Assembly: GCA_965287045.1 (NCBI GenBank) | Contig: OZ336877.1 | Coordinates: 29,326,001 to 29,390,000, forward strand | Direction of reading: 5' to 3' | DNA from: Carcharhinus amblyrhynchos | Taxonomy: Eukaryota | Length of the DNA stretch: 64,000 bases | Shown here: positions 12,128-25,886 of the stretch, in pieces | How positions within the stretch are numbered: the stretch's first letter is position 1 | Layout of the letters: every line of letters begins with the position of its first letter | Translations under genes and position numbers: made by a program | The notes under the pieces: generated by a model | What the model was told of the DNA's origin: nothing | Database searches by the model: none | The model's input: the letters and a program-made list of their open reading frames with translations, nothing else

Positions 12128-14029
12128 CTGGTATGCAATGGGGTCACACCAGTGGAATAAAAATAAGCCAATCTCTAGGAAAACCCTCCACAGTACAACT
12201 AAAAGCAGTGTTACACAAAATAAGTGCGTAACAAATCTGCACTAAGCCAAACCTAATATAACGAAGACTATTACTGAAAGGAAAATCTCTTCTAATGTAT
12301 ATTAACTCTGATTATTCTCTCCTCTTCAAAAATAAAGACTTAGTTTAGGCCAACCCAAGTTACCTACCATTGCCTGTCAATAGGATAGGTAGTCAACTGC
12401 TTGCCAGCATAATGTAAATGACTGCTCGGTGTTCAAGAGCAGGCATATTGTTCTTGTCCAGCACTCACTCATTTCTTGGAAGACGACCCTCAAATGCTTC
12501 CCCTCCCCCGCCCAACCATTTATATTTCAGACAAATACTTAAGTTAAGCTTTAAATGCAAGATTACACAAACGAACGCCAAACATATCACATTTTGAAAA
12601 TTTCTACAGTTCAAAGTATTGTATCCTCTTGACGTTTGAACAGATCACAGCAAACTGCATATTCTTTGTTGTTTTGCACATAATTAGACGACATTGATCT
12701 TGAATCAGTTACTGTTGCACATCCCATGATTTTCTTCATCAAGGAAGCAGCATCTTCAACTTTGGAATCAGATCATTTGAACTAACTCTTAAAAAATGAT
12801 ATTTGTGCATTTTAGATCAAAATGGCAAATGGGGAGCAATAGTTTGTCCATTACCTTTCAGTTCTGAAACAGTACATATATTAACAATGCAGGCCAAAAC
12901 AAATATGCCAATTGATGACTGGCCATCTGTCACTCTATCACCGCATTAATTGTAATAATGGTTTGAACTGAAATGTGGGATAAACACACAACTAACAATA
13001 CTTAAAAATTTCGCAATTCTGCAATGATTCAAATTTATCAAGCCTATTCTTCCTGCACCTCATTATAGCCATGAATATATCATATTTAAAACAGCAAGAA
13101 CACTTCAGGCATAAACTGTTACGAACCTCAAGATTGCAGAACTTATTTGGGACCGCGACATGAATTTAGGGTAAAATGAAGGAGGTCATATGTCTGTTAT
13201 GAAATCTGCCTAAGAACAGTCTTGAGTGAAGGGACCATTGAAGATTAAAGGAAGGGCCAAATCACTTTGCTGGGAAAAGGTACAAGGTGTACAAACATGG
13301 AAACAAAGGCAGCAGCATTTGTGTTGACAGTGGTTCGACACTAGTTTCCAAAATCTGAGGAAGGAGTTGAGAATGTTGGGGTATAAACCATTACGTTTTA
13401 AACAATCCATTTATTTCCAAGATAGAATAGATTTGGGGTCTAAAGAGTAGCTAATCAGCATTTCTACCTGAATACAAAGGCCATGTGCTTCACATTGTCA
13501 TGGAGATGATCTTTGAAAGGAGAACGGTTTCAAAGGCACCCCTTAAACACTTGGGCACATCTGGAAAAGTGCGAGCAGCTACAGGTCAAAAGTCTTTATG
13601 GTTCAGTGTGCTACAGAGCGGAGCTCACAATCAGACTGAAAAGACCAAATTCATGAGGATTTGAAACAAGGCTGTGCATAGCTTGCACTAGAGGGAGAAT
13701 GTCCAAGAAAAACCCTTACTATGAAAGCAGTTCTGGGATTAAGAGATTCCAGGCTGAGAAAGGTAAAGAACATTCTTAAACTAGTGACCCAACTTTAGAT
13801 GTATGGGCTTCACTAAAATAGTGGTGAGTTTTGGTGGGATCAACTGATTTAGTTTACTGTATGGCCTTTAGGTGCGCACAAGCTGCATTTAATGCCACAC
13901 TTACATATCCCTGCAAAAGGCTTGTACGCTTAAATGAACAGTCTAAAATATTTTAGAACATTAAAACAATTGAGTGCGTGTTTCTGTAAATTTGAATTTT
14001 ATCCTCGTTTACAATTACTACTGTAAGAC

Positions 14030-14530
14030 AAAGTACACTATTTGTCCTTGTACAATACCTTGGTCAGGCTTCTGTTGGAATAAAGAATCCAGTCTTGGTC
14101 ATCTCATATAGTGGAATGATACTGACACTTTGAAAAGGGTGCAGACAAACACTGTCAAGTAAATTCCCCACTTAAAGCTTCTTAATTATCAAGATAGGCT
14201 CAATGAGCTGGGAATCTACATTTTAGAGAAGCATAAATTTGGGATGATCTGATCAAAGTTTCTAAGATGATGAATAGATGACTATTGAGTTCACGGCCTG
14301 CTCCAATTAGCAAGGACCAATGGTCATAATCTTAAGTCATACAAGTTTAGATGTTACAGAGCGAGTCTCTTCCCAGCTCACACAATAGACAAATTCCCTA
14401 CTTGCGAGAGCTTGCTCAGTTTCTGGCTGGAACAGAAATTCTGAAGATGGGCACTACATACAACTATCAGAACTAAACTGATCACCTAATCTATTTGGTG
14501 GAGTGTTCTCAATGAAGAATGTTTCAATTC
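14030..14530 (+). mobile_element. Old CR1 fragment
   Basis: gtcaggcttctgttggaata, gaaaagggtgcag, tgatctgatcaaagtttctaagatg remnants of the RT C-terminal region. Confidence 0.55.
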
Positions 14531-15138
14531 TTGTACCACCATCTCCCAAACTGGCCTAGATTTTCCAACCATCCCTGATCATACGGTTTTGGGTGGGGTG
14601 GGGGGTGGAGCGGAATATATATATTTTAAAATTCTACTGGAATGAACAAAGGGGAATGAGAGGATCTTTTCCTGTCTGTCATTGCCCATATGCTCAGCAG
14701 GGAAACATCAATTTTTAAAATAACACTAAACAGCAACTAGCAAGAAAACAGACCACTTGAACGTAGTTGTGGTTCCTATGTAAATACAGACACATTGATA
14801 ACAAAACACTGAAATTGTGCCCACTAACAACACCACGCAAAATGTTCAAAGACTAAAGGAGATTATTAAGTGGAAAGATAATGCTCTCAAGTTTCTGTTC
14901 AAACAGTTCACCATGGAAGGTTTTTGAAAAACAGAGTGGCATGGTTTTTATCTTGTACATGCTATTGAGATATATCCAGGTCTCTGGTTTGCCTACAACT
15001 ATAAAAGAAGCAATAGTACACTAAATTATTTGCTACTCTTACCACAGAAGTAAAAAGTACTTTTTTGAAAGCACAGGACAAGGAGATACACCTAGAAAAA
15101 TTTAAAAAGCTTGTAAAATTATCTTGGCTTCAAAATAC

Positions 15139-15288
15139 CTCTTGATGAGCCTAGTCTGGAGAGAGAAGAGCGACGGAAGGAAGGATAACCAAAATAGCTG
15201 ATATCTTCAGAAAACATAGCATCAGCATCTATGATGACACTCGGGTGTGCAGAATGGATATCTGCATCCAGTAATGACATAAGGTCCT
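15139..15288 (-). CDS. UBR5: UBR5 exon 8: (E)DLMSLLDADIHSAHPSVIIDADAMFSEDISYFGYPSFRRSSLSRLGSSR
   Basis: ttctcag| acceptor, |gtattt donor; 150 nt. Confidence 0.96.
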
Positions 15289-15493
15289 CTGAGAAGGGAA
15301 CATAGCAATGTCAATAGTACAAAAGAAATACCAAATAAGTTTGTTCAAAAAAATTACATTGGTAATATATATTCCCTCAATATAAAAACTAGCATTGAAA
15401 AGCATAAATGGAGCACAAAGGGTCTTTATCATACAAACTTTCTCCGAAGAATTCATAATACTCTACCCAATTTAAGCACAATAAGACATCAAA

Positions 15494-17090
15494 TGAACAT
15501 AAGAACCAAGAGCAGGAGTAGGCCATCTAGCCCTTCGAGCCTGCCCCGCCATTCAATAAGATCATGGCTGATCTGTCGTGGCTCAGTTCCACTTTCCCGC
15601 CCTCTCCCCATAACCCTTAATCCCCTCGCTTATCAAAAACCCACCAACCCACGTCTTAAAAATATTTAGCAAGGCAGCCTCCACCACTTCAACGGGCAGA
15701 GAATTCCAGAGATTCACCACCCTTTGAGTGAAGAAGTTCCTCCTCAACTCCGTTCTAAATCGCTCCCCCCTTTATCTTGGGGCTGTGCCCCCTAGTCCTA
15801 CTGTCCTTTCTGAGCGGGAAGAGTCTCTCCACCTCTATCCTACCCATCCCATTCATCATCTTATACGTCTCAATGAGATCTCCCCTCATTCTTCTAAACT
15901 CTAACGAGTACAAGCCTAGTTTATTCAGCCTCTCCTCATAGCTCAACCCCCTCAAATCCGGAATTAGCCTAGTAAACCTCCTCTGCACTCTCTCCAAGGC
16001 CAAAATATCCTTGCGTAAGTGCGGCGACCAAAACTGCACACAGTACTCCAGCTGCGGCCTCACCAATGCCCTATACAGCTGCAGCAAGACCTCCCTACTT
16101 TTATATTCAATCCCCCTCGCTATGAAGGCCAGCATCCCATTCGCCTTCCTGACCACCTGCTGCACCTGCAGGCTGGGTTTTTGCGACTCATGCACAAGGA
16201 CCCCGAGGTCCCTCTGCACCGTCGCCTGCTGCAGTTTTTCGCCACGTAAGTAACAGTCCTTCCTACCATTATTCCGACCAAAGTGGACCACCTCGCACTT
16301 GCCAACATTAAATTCCATTTGCCATTTCCTGGCCCATTCGCCCAGCCTATCTAGATCCTTCTGCAGACTCTCCACACCCTCCACGCAATTTGCCGTTCCA
16401 CCAATCTTGGTGTCACCAGCAAATTTCGACACCATACAATAGGTTCCCTCCTCCAGATCATCTATATAAATGGTAAATAGCTGAGGCCCCAGCACCGACC
16501 CCTGGGGCACTCCACTAGTGACCAACCGTCAATCCGAATAGCACCCATTAACCCCCACTCTCTGCCTCCTATTAGACAGCCAATCCTCTATCCACGCTAA
16601 CACCCTACCCCCAACTCCATGCCCCCTTACCTTCTGCAATAACCTCTTGTGAGGTACCTTGTCAAACGCTTTCTGAAAATCAAGACCACATCCACCGCCC
16701 TAGACACATCCTCATAGAACTCCAATAAATTTGTCAGACACAACTTCCCCTTAAAGAAACCGTGCTGCGTCTGCTCTATCAAGCAATTCCCCTCAAGATG
16801 CCTCGCTATTTCCTCCTTGATGACAGATTCTAACATTTTACCTACAACAGACGTTATACTAACAGGCCTATAATTCCCCGCCTTTTGCCTGCCACCCTTC
16901 TTAAACAACGGCGTAACATTAGCCGTTTTCCAATCTTCCGGCACTTCCCCGGAATCCAGCGATGTCTGGAAAATAACCACCAAGGCATCCACTATCACCT
17001 CCGCCATTTCTTTCAGAACCCTCGGATGCATTCCATCCGGTCCTGGGGACTTGTCCACAATCAGTCCCTCCAGTCTGCCCATTTCTCTCA
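15494..17090 (-). mobile_element. Young 5'-truncated CR1 LINE (RT domain and 3' tail) in intron 7
   Basis: ORFs 16627..17091 (KSPGPDGMHPRVLKE, NYRPVS) and 15755..16525 (SGVPQGSVLGP, FAGDTK, YCVQFWSP); small frameshifting deletion near 16685; CpG-rich; ttcttatgttc 3' tail. Confidence 0.95.
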
Positions 17091-17479
17091 TTAAAATGCA
17101 AGATGCTCATCTAAACTATTTGTAGGAATTTTGTGAAATGGAGACATTATATTTGAAAGACTGCAGTTATTTTGCACACAATGAGCTTTAGACAGTTTTT
17201 GCAAACAAACTTTTTGTCGAACAAACCACATCTTGGAGGGGGAAGGGAGCTTGGTGGTCCGATTTACAAAACTCTTCTGAAACAGCAATTTTAGATCTGA
17301 ATACGAATATGGGTTGGCACTTAATGTCTTTGATATACACTTACGAGACCCATAAAAACAAACTAAATGTGCTCTTCCAAGGATGCTCCTATTTTCACAT
17401 TTCACAAAATTCCAAGTCTGCTAACAACAGAAGTAAATATAAAACTTGAACCTGAAAGCCCAGTATCAAGCTCACAAAC

Positions 17480-17639
17480 CTCCAGGTAAATATGATTCAC
17501 TCGCTGTATCATCGCCATCGTCTCCATCTTCATCATCACGGCTAAGCAGGTTGTTTACAGCAAGGTTAACATCCAAATTAGTCCTCTGCAGTTCCCGAAT
17601 TATAACACTTCTGGATTTGCCTTGCAGTACCACTTGTGC
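17480..17639 (-). CDS. UBR5: UBR5 exon 7, UBA domain: [53 protein letters not shown]
   Basis: aaacag| acceptor, G|gtttgt donor; 160 nt; recognisable EDD UBA sequence. Confidence 0.96.
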
Positions 17640-17859
17640 CTGTTTACAAGAAACAAAGACTCAGCAGCAGTATACAAAGAATTCCATTTAAAAGGATGCA
17701 AAATATTAGTTTAAGTTTCTAAAGGAAAGCTCGTAGAAAATTTACAGACACTTGAGAAGATGACAAGTTTTCTGAAGATGGGCAAAATATGGCCGACATT
17801 TGAAATAAAATTAGAAAATGCTGGACAACACTCAGGCATATCTACATTTCTTGAATTCT

Positions 17860-18110
17860 AGCATTCCCCAGTGTTCCACCAGTGGTGACCATGCCTTCAG
17901 TTTCCAAGGCACCAAGCTCTAGAATTTCATCCCAACACCTCACCCCTTCATATTTCTCCTTTAAGAGATTCCATTAAATCTAACTCTGACAAAGCTTTTG
18001 GTCACCTCATCCAATATTGCATGTGGCCCACTGTTCATTTTATAATGCTCCTGCAAGCACCTTGGGATGGTTCATTACAGTAAATGTGATATAAATACAA
18101 GCTGTTGTTA
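17860..18110 (+). mobile_element. L2-type LINE 3' tail
   Basis: gtgaccatgccttcag...aagcttttggtcac...caccttgggatg...ataaatacaagctgttgtt. Confidence 0.6.
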
Positions 18111-18238
18111 AAGTACTCAGCACGTTAGGCAACATCTGTGCAGAGACAGAGTGGTCCCAGGTAAACAACCTGAAATGTTAACTGTACCTCTCCACAGATG
18201 CTGCATGACCAGAGTATTTTCAGCATTTTGTGTTTTTC
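18111..18238. repeat. Degenerate inverted-repeat Penelope-associated short element
   Basis: actcagc...catctgtgcagaga / ctctccacagatgctg...agtattttcagcatttt arms; same family as the copies at 62259 and 62870. Confidence 0.55.
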
Positions 18239-19569
18239 TCTCTAAATAAAGAACTGCTGCCATAGTTGCTCAATTGAAAATAAGAGAAAACATCAAGTGA
18301 CGATGAAAGCGAAAGCTTTAATGTCCAGGTATTAACTTTTATCTTAAGCTATTTTAATAATTTATGTGCTGAATTCGCCATTCAAGATCATCAAGAAACA
18401 AGTGTGTAAAGAGCTCAGCTTCCAACTATCCATTTAACTTGGCACTTAGCCTTTTTAAAGTAAAAATGCCTGGGATTTGGGCATCACTGGAAATTCCAGC
18501 TTTTACTGGCCATCCAAAGATGCCTCAAGGAAGTGATAGAAGGCCATTTTCTGGAACCAGTCAATATGAGGCACTTTCACAATGCTGTTGGGGAGCAAGA
18601 TGCATATTTTCAACAGTGATGATAAATGATCCTGAAAAGCTGCATCATGCCACTGGCAAACACTAAAAGAATGCAATCAAGCCATCACTGAAAATATGCA
18701 AAGCCAGAAATGAACAATGTCCTTCTTTCAATTATACATGCATTTCTCAGATGTCTGCACTACTCATTTAACCAAGATGTGCATCAAGGTGCACTTGCAC
18801 AACAACTACTCGATGTGGCCCATGTAATTCTGTCATTGGGGAATTTACCCCACTTGAATTGAAAGACAGATCCAATGGTACTGTAAAACTATGAAAACAC
18901 AGTCATAAACTTAGACGTGCCTAGTTATTCAAATTTCAGTCCATGGCATCATTTTCTGGCTTTCACATTCCTCATTAGCTGGGAAGATCTAAGCAAGGCA
19001 AATGAAATCAGCATTATTGGGCTTGTAGAACAATGTGAGCCAGCAGTCAGCAGAGATGTAGTTTCTTCCTTTCATCAAACTAACAATCATAACCTCGTTG
19101 GGTCGTCATCTCATCTCCTTCAGTTGCTGGGTCAAAATCCTGGAACTCCTTAGTAGCAATATGGCTGCTCCTGCACACAAGGACCGCAGCGGTTCAAGAA
19201 GACAGCTCATTCCCACCTTCTAGTGAAATTACAGATAGGCTCCATATGCTGGCATAGTCAGCCACATCCACATCCCAGGAAAGAGCTTTTTTTTAAAAAC
19301 AAAGCTTCTGAAGAAAACAGCAACACAATTTACAGCAATACTGCAAAAGCCAGAGCATCTTTCAAGCAGGAGTGCTGTAAATTAAGTGAAATGCTCAATA
19401 ATTCATATCTGTTCCAGTTGCTACGAGTGTATGTTATATCAGCATGTCACTTCCAGTTTTCATAGCAACAGAATCTACATTGGATACATACTGGCATGAA
19501 AATAGAATTGACTAGTTCAAAGAAGCATTGAAAGTTCAAGGTACTTAGCACAGTTAGGTTATAGGGTCA

Positions 19570-21400
19570 GAGTTTCAAGCACAAAAACAGGCTCTTCGGC
19601 CCATCATGTCTGCACCAATCTATTCTAATCCCATTCAGAATAGCTGGAAAGCACATGGTCTAGTATGCTATGGTGTTTCAGGTGCTCATCTGAATGCTTC
19701 TACCACCCTTTCAGGCAGAGTTCCAGATTCCCACCACCCTCTGGGCATAAAATGTTTTTCCTCAAATTTCCTCCAAATCTTTCCCCCATATCTTAAATAT
19801 ATGCCCCCTGGCTACGAACCCTTCCAATGAAGGGAAAAAGTTCCTTCCTAACTACCCTATGTCCCTCAATTTTGGGCACCTCGATCAGGTTGCCCCCTCA
19901 GCCTTCTGTGCTGCAAGGAAAACAATCCCAGCCTAACCAGCCTCTCTTCATAGCCAAAATCCCATGTCACCAGAGGCTGGAATTGAACCTGGGTCCCAGA
20001 CCTGAGGCAACAGTGCTAACCACTGTGCCACCCTCAATCAGGTCCTTTCCTCAGCCTTCTCTGGTCTACAGCAATCCAAGCCTTTCCAACCTTTCTTCGT
20101 GCTCAAATGCTCCATCCCAGGAAACGTCCTGGTGAACATCCTCTGCATCCTTTCTATAGTGTGGCAATCAGAATTGCACATAGTACTCTAGCTGTGGCCT
20201 AACAAGTGTTTTATACAGCTCCATAATAACCTCCTGATCTTATATTCTATGTAAGAAGTCTTACAACAGCAGGTTAAAGAAGTTTAACCTGCTGTTGTGA
20301 GACTTCTTACTGTGCTTAACCCAGTCCAATGCCAGTATCTCCACATCATGCTTATATTCTATACCTTGGCTAATAAAGGCAAATATCCCACATGCTACCT
20401 TATCTATCTGTCCTGTTGCCTTCAAGGATCTGTGGACATGCACCCCAAGGTCCTTCTGATCCTCTGCACTACTTAATGTCCTACCGCTTATTGTATATTC
20501 CCTTGCCTTGTTCGAACTCCAAATATGCAAAACCTCACACTTAAAGGTTAAATCCCATTTGTCACTGTTCTCCCCACCTAACAAGCGTGTCTATACCATC
20601 TGGTAATCAAAGGCTTTCCTCCTCACTATTTATCACACCAATTTTCATGTCATCTGCAAACTTACTGATCAGACCCCATTTTCACATCTAAACCATGAAT
20701 GTACACCACTAGGCACAGCTTCCAAAAACAACCTTCAATCATCACCCTCTGCCTCCTTTTAGTAAGACCATTTTGGATCCAATTTGTCAAACTGCCCTGG
20801 ATCCCATGGGCTGTTAACTTCTTGAGCAGAGTCCCATGTGGGACCCTGTCAAAAGCCTTACTGAAGTCCATGTAGAGTACATCAACTGCACTTAATGCAT
20901 CTAAACATCTAGTCACTTAAAGAATTTCAATCAAATTTATCAGACATGATCTCTCCTTGACAAAGCCATGCTGACCATCCTAGATTAATCCTTGCCTCTT
21001 CAAGATTAATCCTATCCCTCTGAACTTTTTCCAATAATTTTCCAACCATTGATGTTACTGTCTTGTAATTACTTGGTTTATTCCTACTTCCCTTCTTGAA
21101 TAATGATACCATATGAACTGTCCGACACTCATTTATTTTCAATTCCCCTGTAGTTTGTATACTCTTCTGGGGCTTCCATTGTTTTAAAGCCCCCTACATA
21201 CACCTTCAGCCTCCATTTTCCCCCTTATACAATCCTATATATTCCTTGACATTTAGGGTTCTCTGGACTAGTTGGTCCTGACCTACACCTTTACAGGAAC
21301 ATGTTGGCCCTTCCTTTAAGAAGGGCTCCACTGCTCTGATGGGATCTTCCTACAAGGAACTGCTCCTCGTCCACTTTGACCATATTCTGTCCTATCATCT
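19570..21400 (-). mobile_element. Decayed CR1 LINE with a nested SINE fragment (~19965-20032) and a nested Penelope mini-element
   Basis: ORFs 20662..20916 (YMDFSKAFDRVPH), 20927..21142, 20261..20584. Confidence 0.85.
20251..20350. mobile_element. 100-bp Penelope-like fold-back mini-insertion with 12-bp TSD
   Basis: 28-bp arms (20251-78 / 20283-310); flanking direct repeat cttatattctat at 20239-50 and 20351-62. Confidence 0.8.
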
Positions 21401-22199
21401 TATATATGGTTACTATCACTCTAAACTTACTGGCTTAAATTACCACTAATACAAAGTAATTTTGATTCTTAAACATGCTTCATATCCCATACTATCAGCT
21501 GTGGTTATGAAAAAGTACAGCAAAACCGCTAGCCTCGGACGCATATTACAGCCTTCTAAAGCTTTTTCAAATGACAATTCTTAAAAGGGCCAGTGCAGTA
21601 TTCGGACCTTTTCACGTTTAATTTTAAACAATATTTTGTACTTTCTAAATTTGAGCACCATCTTTTCACCAATTCTACCATGCTATCATTTCTTACTACT
21701 TCTTAAACTAAATACCATGAAATTGAAATTATCAAAACACTTTTCACAATCTCAGGACATCTGAAAACACTTAATCACTAGTGGTACATGATCAGAATAT
21801 GTTCACTGTTGCAGGAAAATATATCTTTAGTCTAGCAGCTATAAGATAAACACTGAACATCACTTTCATCGATCTAATCGACTGCTTTGACCATGTGAGC
21901 AGAGGCAGTCTATTTAACCTGCTGAGACTGCTCAACGTGCTCTCCTCTTTCCATTTCGATACGATGAGAAGGTCAGATATGATGAGGCAACAAGATCTGC
22001 AGCAGATCAAACAGGATTATATTCTGGCACTCTGTGGCATATTCTTCTCTTTGTTCTTGCAGAATGTGTCTATTACTTCACAGAACTGTTCAAATCTTGC
22101 TCGCCCAAGAACCAAAGCAATTTGCGCTACACTGACAATGCCGCATCAACCTGCCACAGTTAAGGAACATCAATTGCATTAAATGGACAACCTTAATCA

Positions 22200-22975
22200 C
22201 ACCTGTTACGTGTTTGGTTTGACCATTATCAGGAAGATAGATGTCACGATTCAGAGTGTTGCTAGTATTGACAATGTGACACTGGAGGTTGTTGACTGAT
22301 TCACATTTCCACATTGATGATCCATAATCACCTCCAACTGGTCACTTCATACAGAAATCAACATATCCAATGCAAAAACTGCAGCTGTATCACCCAAGCA
22401 AAGAAAGAGCATGGAACAACAGCAACCCGACAGATCACCAAACTGAGAGTCTACCAAGTCCATGTGTTCAGCACACTCCTTGATGGTGTTCAGACCTGGA
22501 CAACATAAACTGGACAAAAGAAATGTTGAAGAGTCTCCAATTCCATTATCTCTGACATCTTAGTAAGACAAGGTCTCCAGCTCCGAGATCATGGATCATG
22601 GTAATACCATCAGCATATATTCATTGTTAAGCCAATGACATCTGTGCTAGCTTGGCCACTTTGATTGGGGACAGAGCCATCATCCATTCGAAGACCATCT
22701 GTCTGGCGAACTGGCAACTGAATCACAACCTCCAGGGTGCCTGCAACCAAGGTATGAAGGTGGCTCACACTTATTGGGAGAATTGCCAATGACCACAACC
22801 TCCGATGGCTGGCTGTTGCGAAGGGCTTCAGAAAAGGCAAACAGAAACAAAGTGGTCTGCTGACCCCAAGAAATTGGCCTCTGTTTTCTCTGGGCCCATG
22901 AATCATGCACCTTCCCAACCCAGTGTTTTCCTCTGCAACAAATGTGGCAGAGATTGCCATGCTAGCGTGAGGCAA
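22200..22975 (+). mobile_element. Decayed RTE-clade LINE fragment
   Basis: TKLRVYQ..STLL.G..TWT in ORF 22314..22508, followed by RWLGH/GEL-like remnants and a C-terminal CNKCGRDC. Confidence 0.7.
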
Positions 22976-23991
22976 TTGGGGGATAATTTTTGTTACTTAA
23001 AATACATATGACCAGTTTTTATTTAAGTTCACTATTCAAAATGTTGTTCTTCAGGAAAATATGGTCAGTAGGTGTCAGGAACACTGACCCAATACTGGAC
23101 TGTTATAAAAAGGCTTTTTGGCTGTTGTCTTAGCCACAATGTTTCACAGTACAAGGAAAATAAAAGAGAATTACAAGTCCAGCAACAGGGAACTTTCTGA
23201 AACCTATTGATACACCAACTTTTATAAAATAATAGCAATAATAGGAGCAATTGGGACATAAACTATATACTCCTTTGTCTCTTGTTCACATACGCAATGG
23301 GCTAAAAAATCTTTGCACAGGCCAATTATTATTTTAATTTTGCTTTAAGATTGCACATAAATTAGTTAGGTCATGACAGACACAACCATAGCCAAAAAAT
23401 ATTTTTCAAATTTTATGGAGAAGTGTAAAATTGATAACACCAGGGCAAGATTTTGTATCCTTAATAGAATTTAAATCTCAATACCAGTTGACAATAATTG
23501 AATCCAATTATTACAAAGGGACCCTTGGGTCAACTTACAAATCTTAATGCATAGTTCATCACTGAACTCATTTAGTCACACTTTTAAATTCATTGTTCGA
23601 ATCTCACTGTTAGTAATATAATAAAAGGTGCTGCTAACCTTCTCAATCATGCTTCTATCATTGGAATTTAATGTTCAATATCTTAGCTTTAAAATTTTTA
23701 GCTCAACTTTTCAAGTTAGACCATTACTTTTGAGGCCAAAATTCTTTTGTCATTCTGTCCCAATTCCTTTTCATTCAATTTCAGGTTTCCTTCCCCCAAA
23801 TCTCTCATCAGTGCCCACTGAGGTTCCTTCTAAGCTGTACAGATGAAGAACCGCAAAGTGCACCAAATAGGCGCCACACAAGTTGGCAGGAACAACGGTA
23901 CCAACCCAACTTAATTATTTAAAACCAATTCAAACCTTTGCCTGTCCTGATGGAATAAATTTACTTTGTCTAGCAGCTGCTGTCACATTAC

Positions 23992-24172
23992 CTGAGAGAT
24001 AAGTTCCTCTGGAATGACTGATGCTGGTATAACTGGCTGTGGCTGACTTCCCAAAAGTCCAGATCCTCGATCACGACCAGTACGTATCACTCTAGTCTGC
24101 CTCCTCGAATCTCTTGCCCCTGTCGATGATCTCCCCGAGGCCCCACCACTCACTCCAGAACTCCAACGGCTC
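23992..24172 (-). CDS. UBR5: UBR5 exon 6: SRWSSGVSGG...PASVIPEELISQ (start of UBA region)
   Basis: Within ORF 23983..24300; ttcag| acceptor, |gtaatg donor; 181 nt. Confidence 0.96.
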
Positions 24173-24729
24173 CTGAATGTGCAATTCATGAAGTCGAAGT
24201 TAGTTGAACTAATATAATTGGAATTAGAAAGGGGTGAAAACGAAGAATCATACAAGAAACCTGTGAACACGAGAGATTTTTCCAGGAGCAATTTATGCAT
24301 AATTTACTCAGAAGCTTCATAGCTTTTAAATAGCAATCGGTAGAAGGTTAAAATAATGCATCAGCCAACCGCAGCTTCAAACAAGTGCTTTTCTTAGCCT
24401 GGACAAATGAACTGCAAATATGAAATTCAAACATGCATTAAATAATGGGGACCTTTTGGTCAAAACTTGTTACTTAACAATTGGTCTATCAGTCAACGAA
24501 TGTTGCTAATGAAAAACAATAATAAAAAAAATACAGCTGTAGGCAGGGCAAAGAAAATTTAGAAGATAGAGATAATCTTGCAGAATTAAGGCAACGTACA
24601 GACTAACTATGTTTCTATATGGTGTCCTGCCAAGATATGCACATTTTTCAATGCAAGTATTCAGCTATAACTCAAGGAGCAAATTCTTCCGGATGGAGGA
24701 GGTATCTTGATCATGCGTCTAAAAGTCAT

Positions 24730-25045
24730 GGCAGCAAAGTGGCACAATGGTTAGCACTGCTGCTTCACAGCATCAGGGACTGGGTTCAATTCTGGCCTCA
24801 GGTGACTGTATGGAGTTTGCAACTTCTCCTCGTGTCTGTGTGGGTTTCCTCTGGGTGCTTCAGTTTCCTCCCATAGTCCAAAGATGTGCCGGTTTGGTTG
24901 ATTGGCCATGATAAATTGTCCTTTAGTGTCAGGGCGATTAGGGGAGTAAATATGTTGGGTTATAGGGATAGGACCTGGATGGGATTGTTGTCAGCGCAGA
25001 CTTGATGGGCCAAATGGCTTCCTTTTGTGCTGAAGATTCAATGAT
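24730..25045 (+). mobile_element. HE1-like V-SINE
   Basis: ggcagcaaagtggcacaatggttagcactgctg...gggttcaattc head; V-domain; CR1-like tail. Confidence 0.88.
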
Positions 25046-25886
25046 AAAAATGGGGAGCAGGGAGGAATCAATATCCTTGGTGGATATTCCAAATTGGGAT
25101 ACAACCCATGGTAAACCTACACTAGACTATTTTTGTTAAAGAATTCTGGTTTAAGTTAAGTTATGAGAATATTCAAGTGCACATCGAAGGTTCCATACAG
25201 GAAAATGTGGAAAGTAATGGCTGAGAGCTTGCAACACATCAGATAACATCCAACTCTACTTAGAAATGATTCCTTTTGTAGCTATTGTAGCTACCTTCTC
25301 ATGTATGTTTATGACAGTAGATTTTGGTAGTTCAAATTTTCACATTAGTATGTTATTGACAAGTATACCCATTATTTTATAGTCATGTTAAATCCCATTT
25401 CACAAATCATTTACAATGCTTCACAGTTGGAATTGTTAATGGATGCACACTAAATACTTCAAGTCATCTGTTTGCACATGAACAGCATAAAACATTTATT
25501 GCTCTGCAAATCTTAAGATGTGTGGCAGTGTTAGAAAAGCAGTCACCAGAATCCCCATTCATGAATTGAAAAGAATATGCTTGTGCAAGTACCATTTCAT
25601 TGCCACTACATGTCCAACTGAATTGTTAACAAGTAATTGGTAATGTACACTAGTAACATTTAGCAGCAGAAAGCCCATACACAAGGGGAAACCAAGCATC
25701 CCATTTTAGCTGTGAGGAATGATAAGTCACATTCCTGAATGCATCAATACATGCGCTATAAATAACAGCTAAAATTCACAGCAAGCAGTTTTCAAAATAA
25801 TTTTTAACCACCCTAGTAAAGCACATTTCTTTGGCACATGGGTTGACTTATAGGTCATGTTGACCTGGAACCCTGCCAAAACTTAC

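Noticed and set aside
11852-12231. Plus-strand ORFs opposite exon 9 (also 17446..17691 opposite exon 7)
   Set aside because: Antisense shadows of UBR5 codons with no independent evidence
24730-24800. tRNA-like A/B boxes (also ~11500, 27762, 40290)
   Set aside because: These are SINE heads, not complete tRNA cloverleafs
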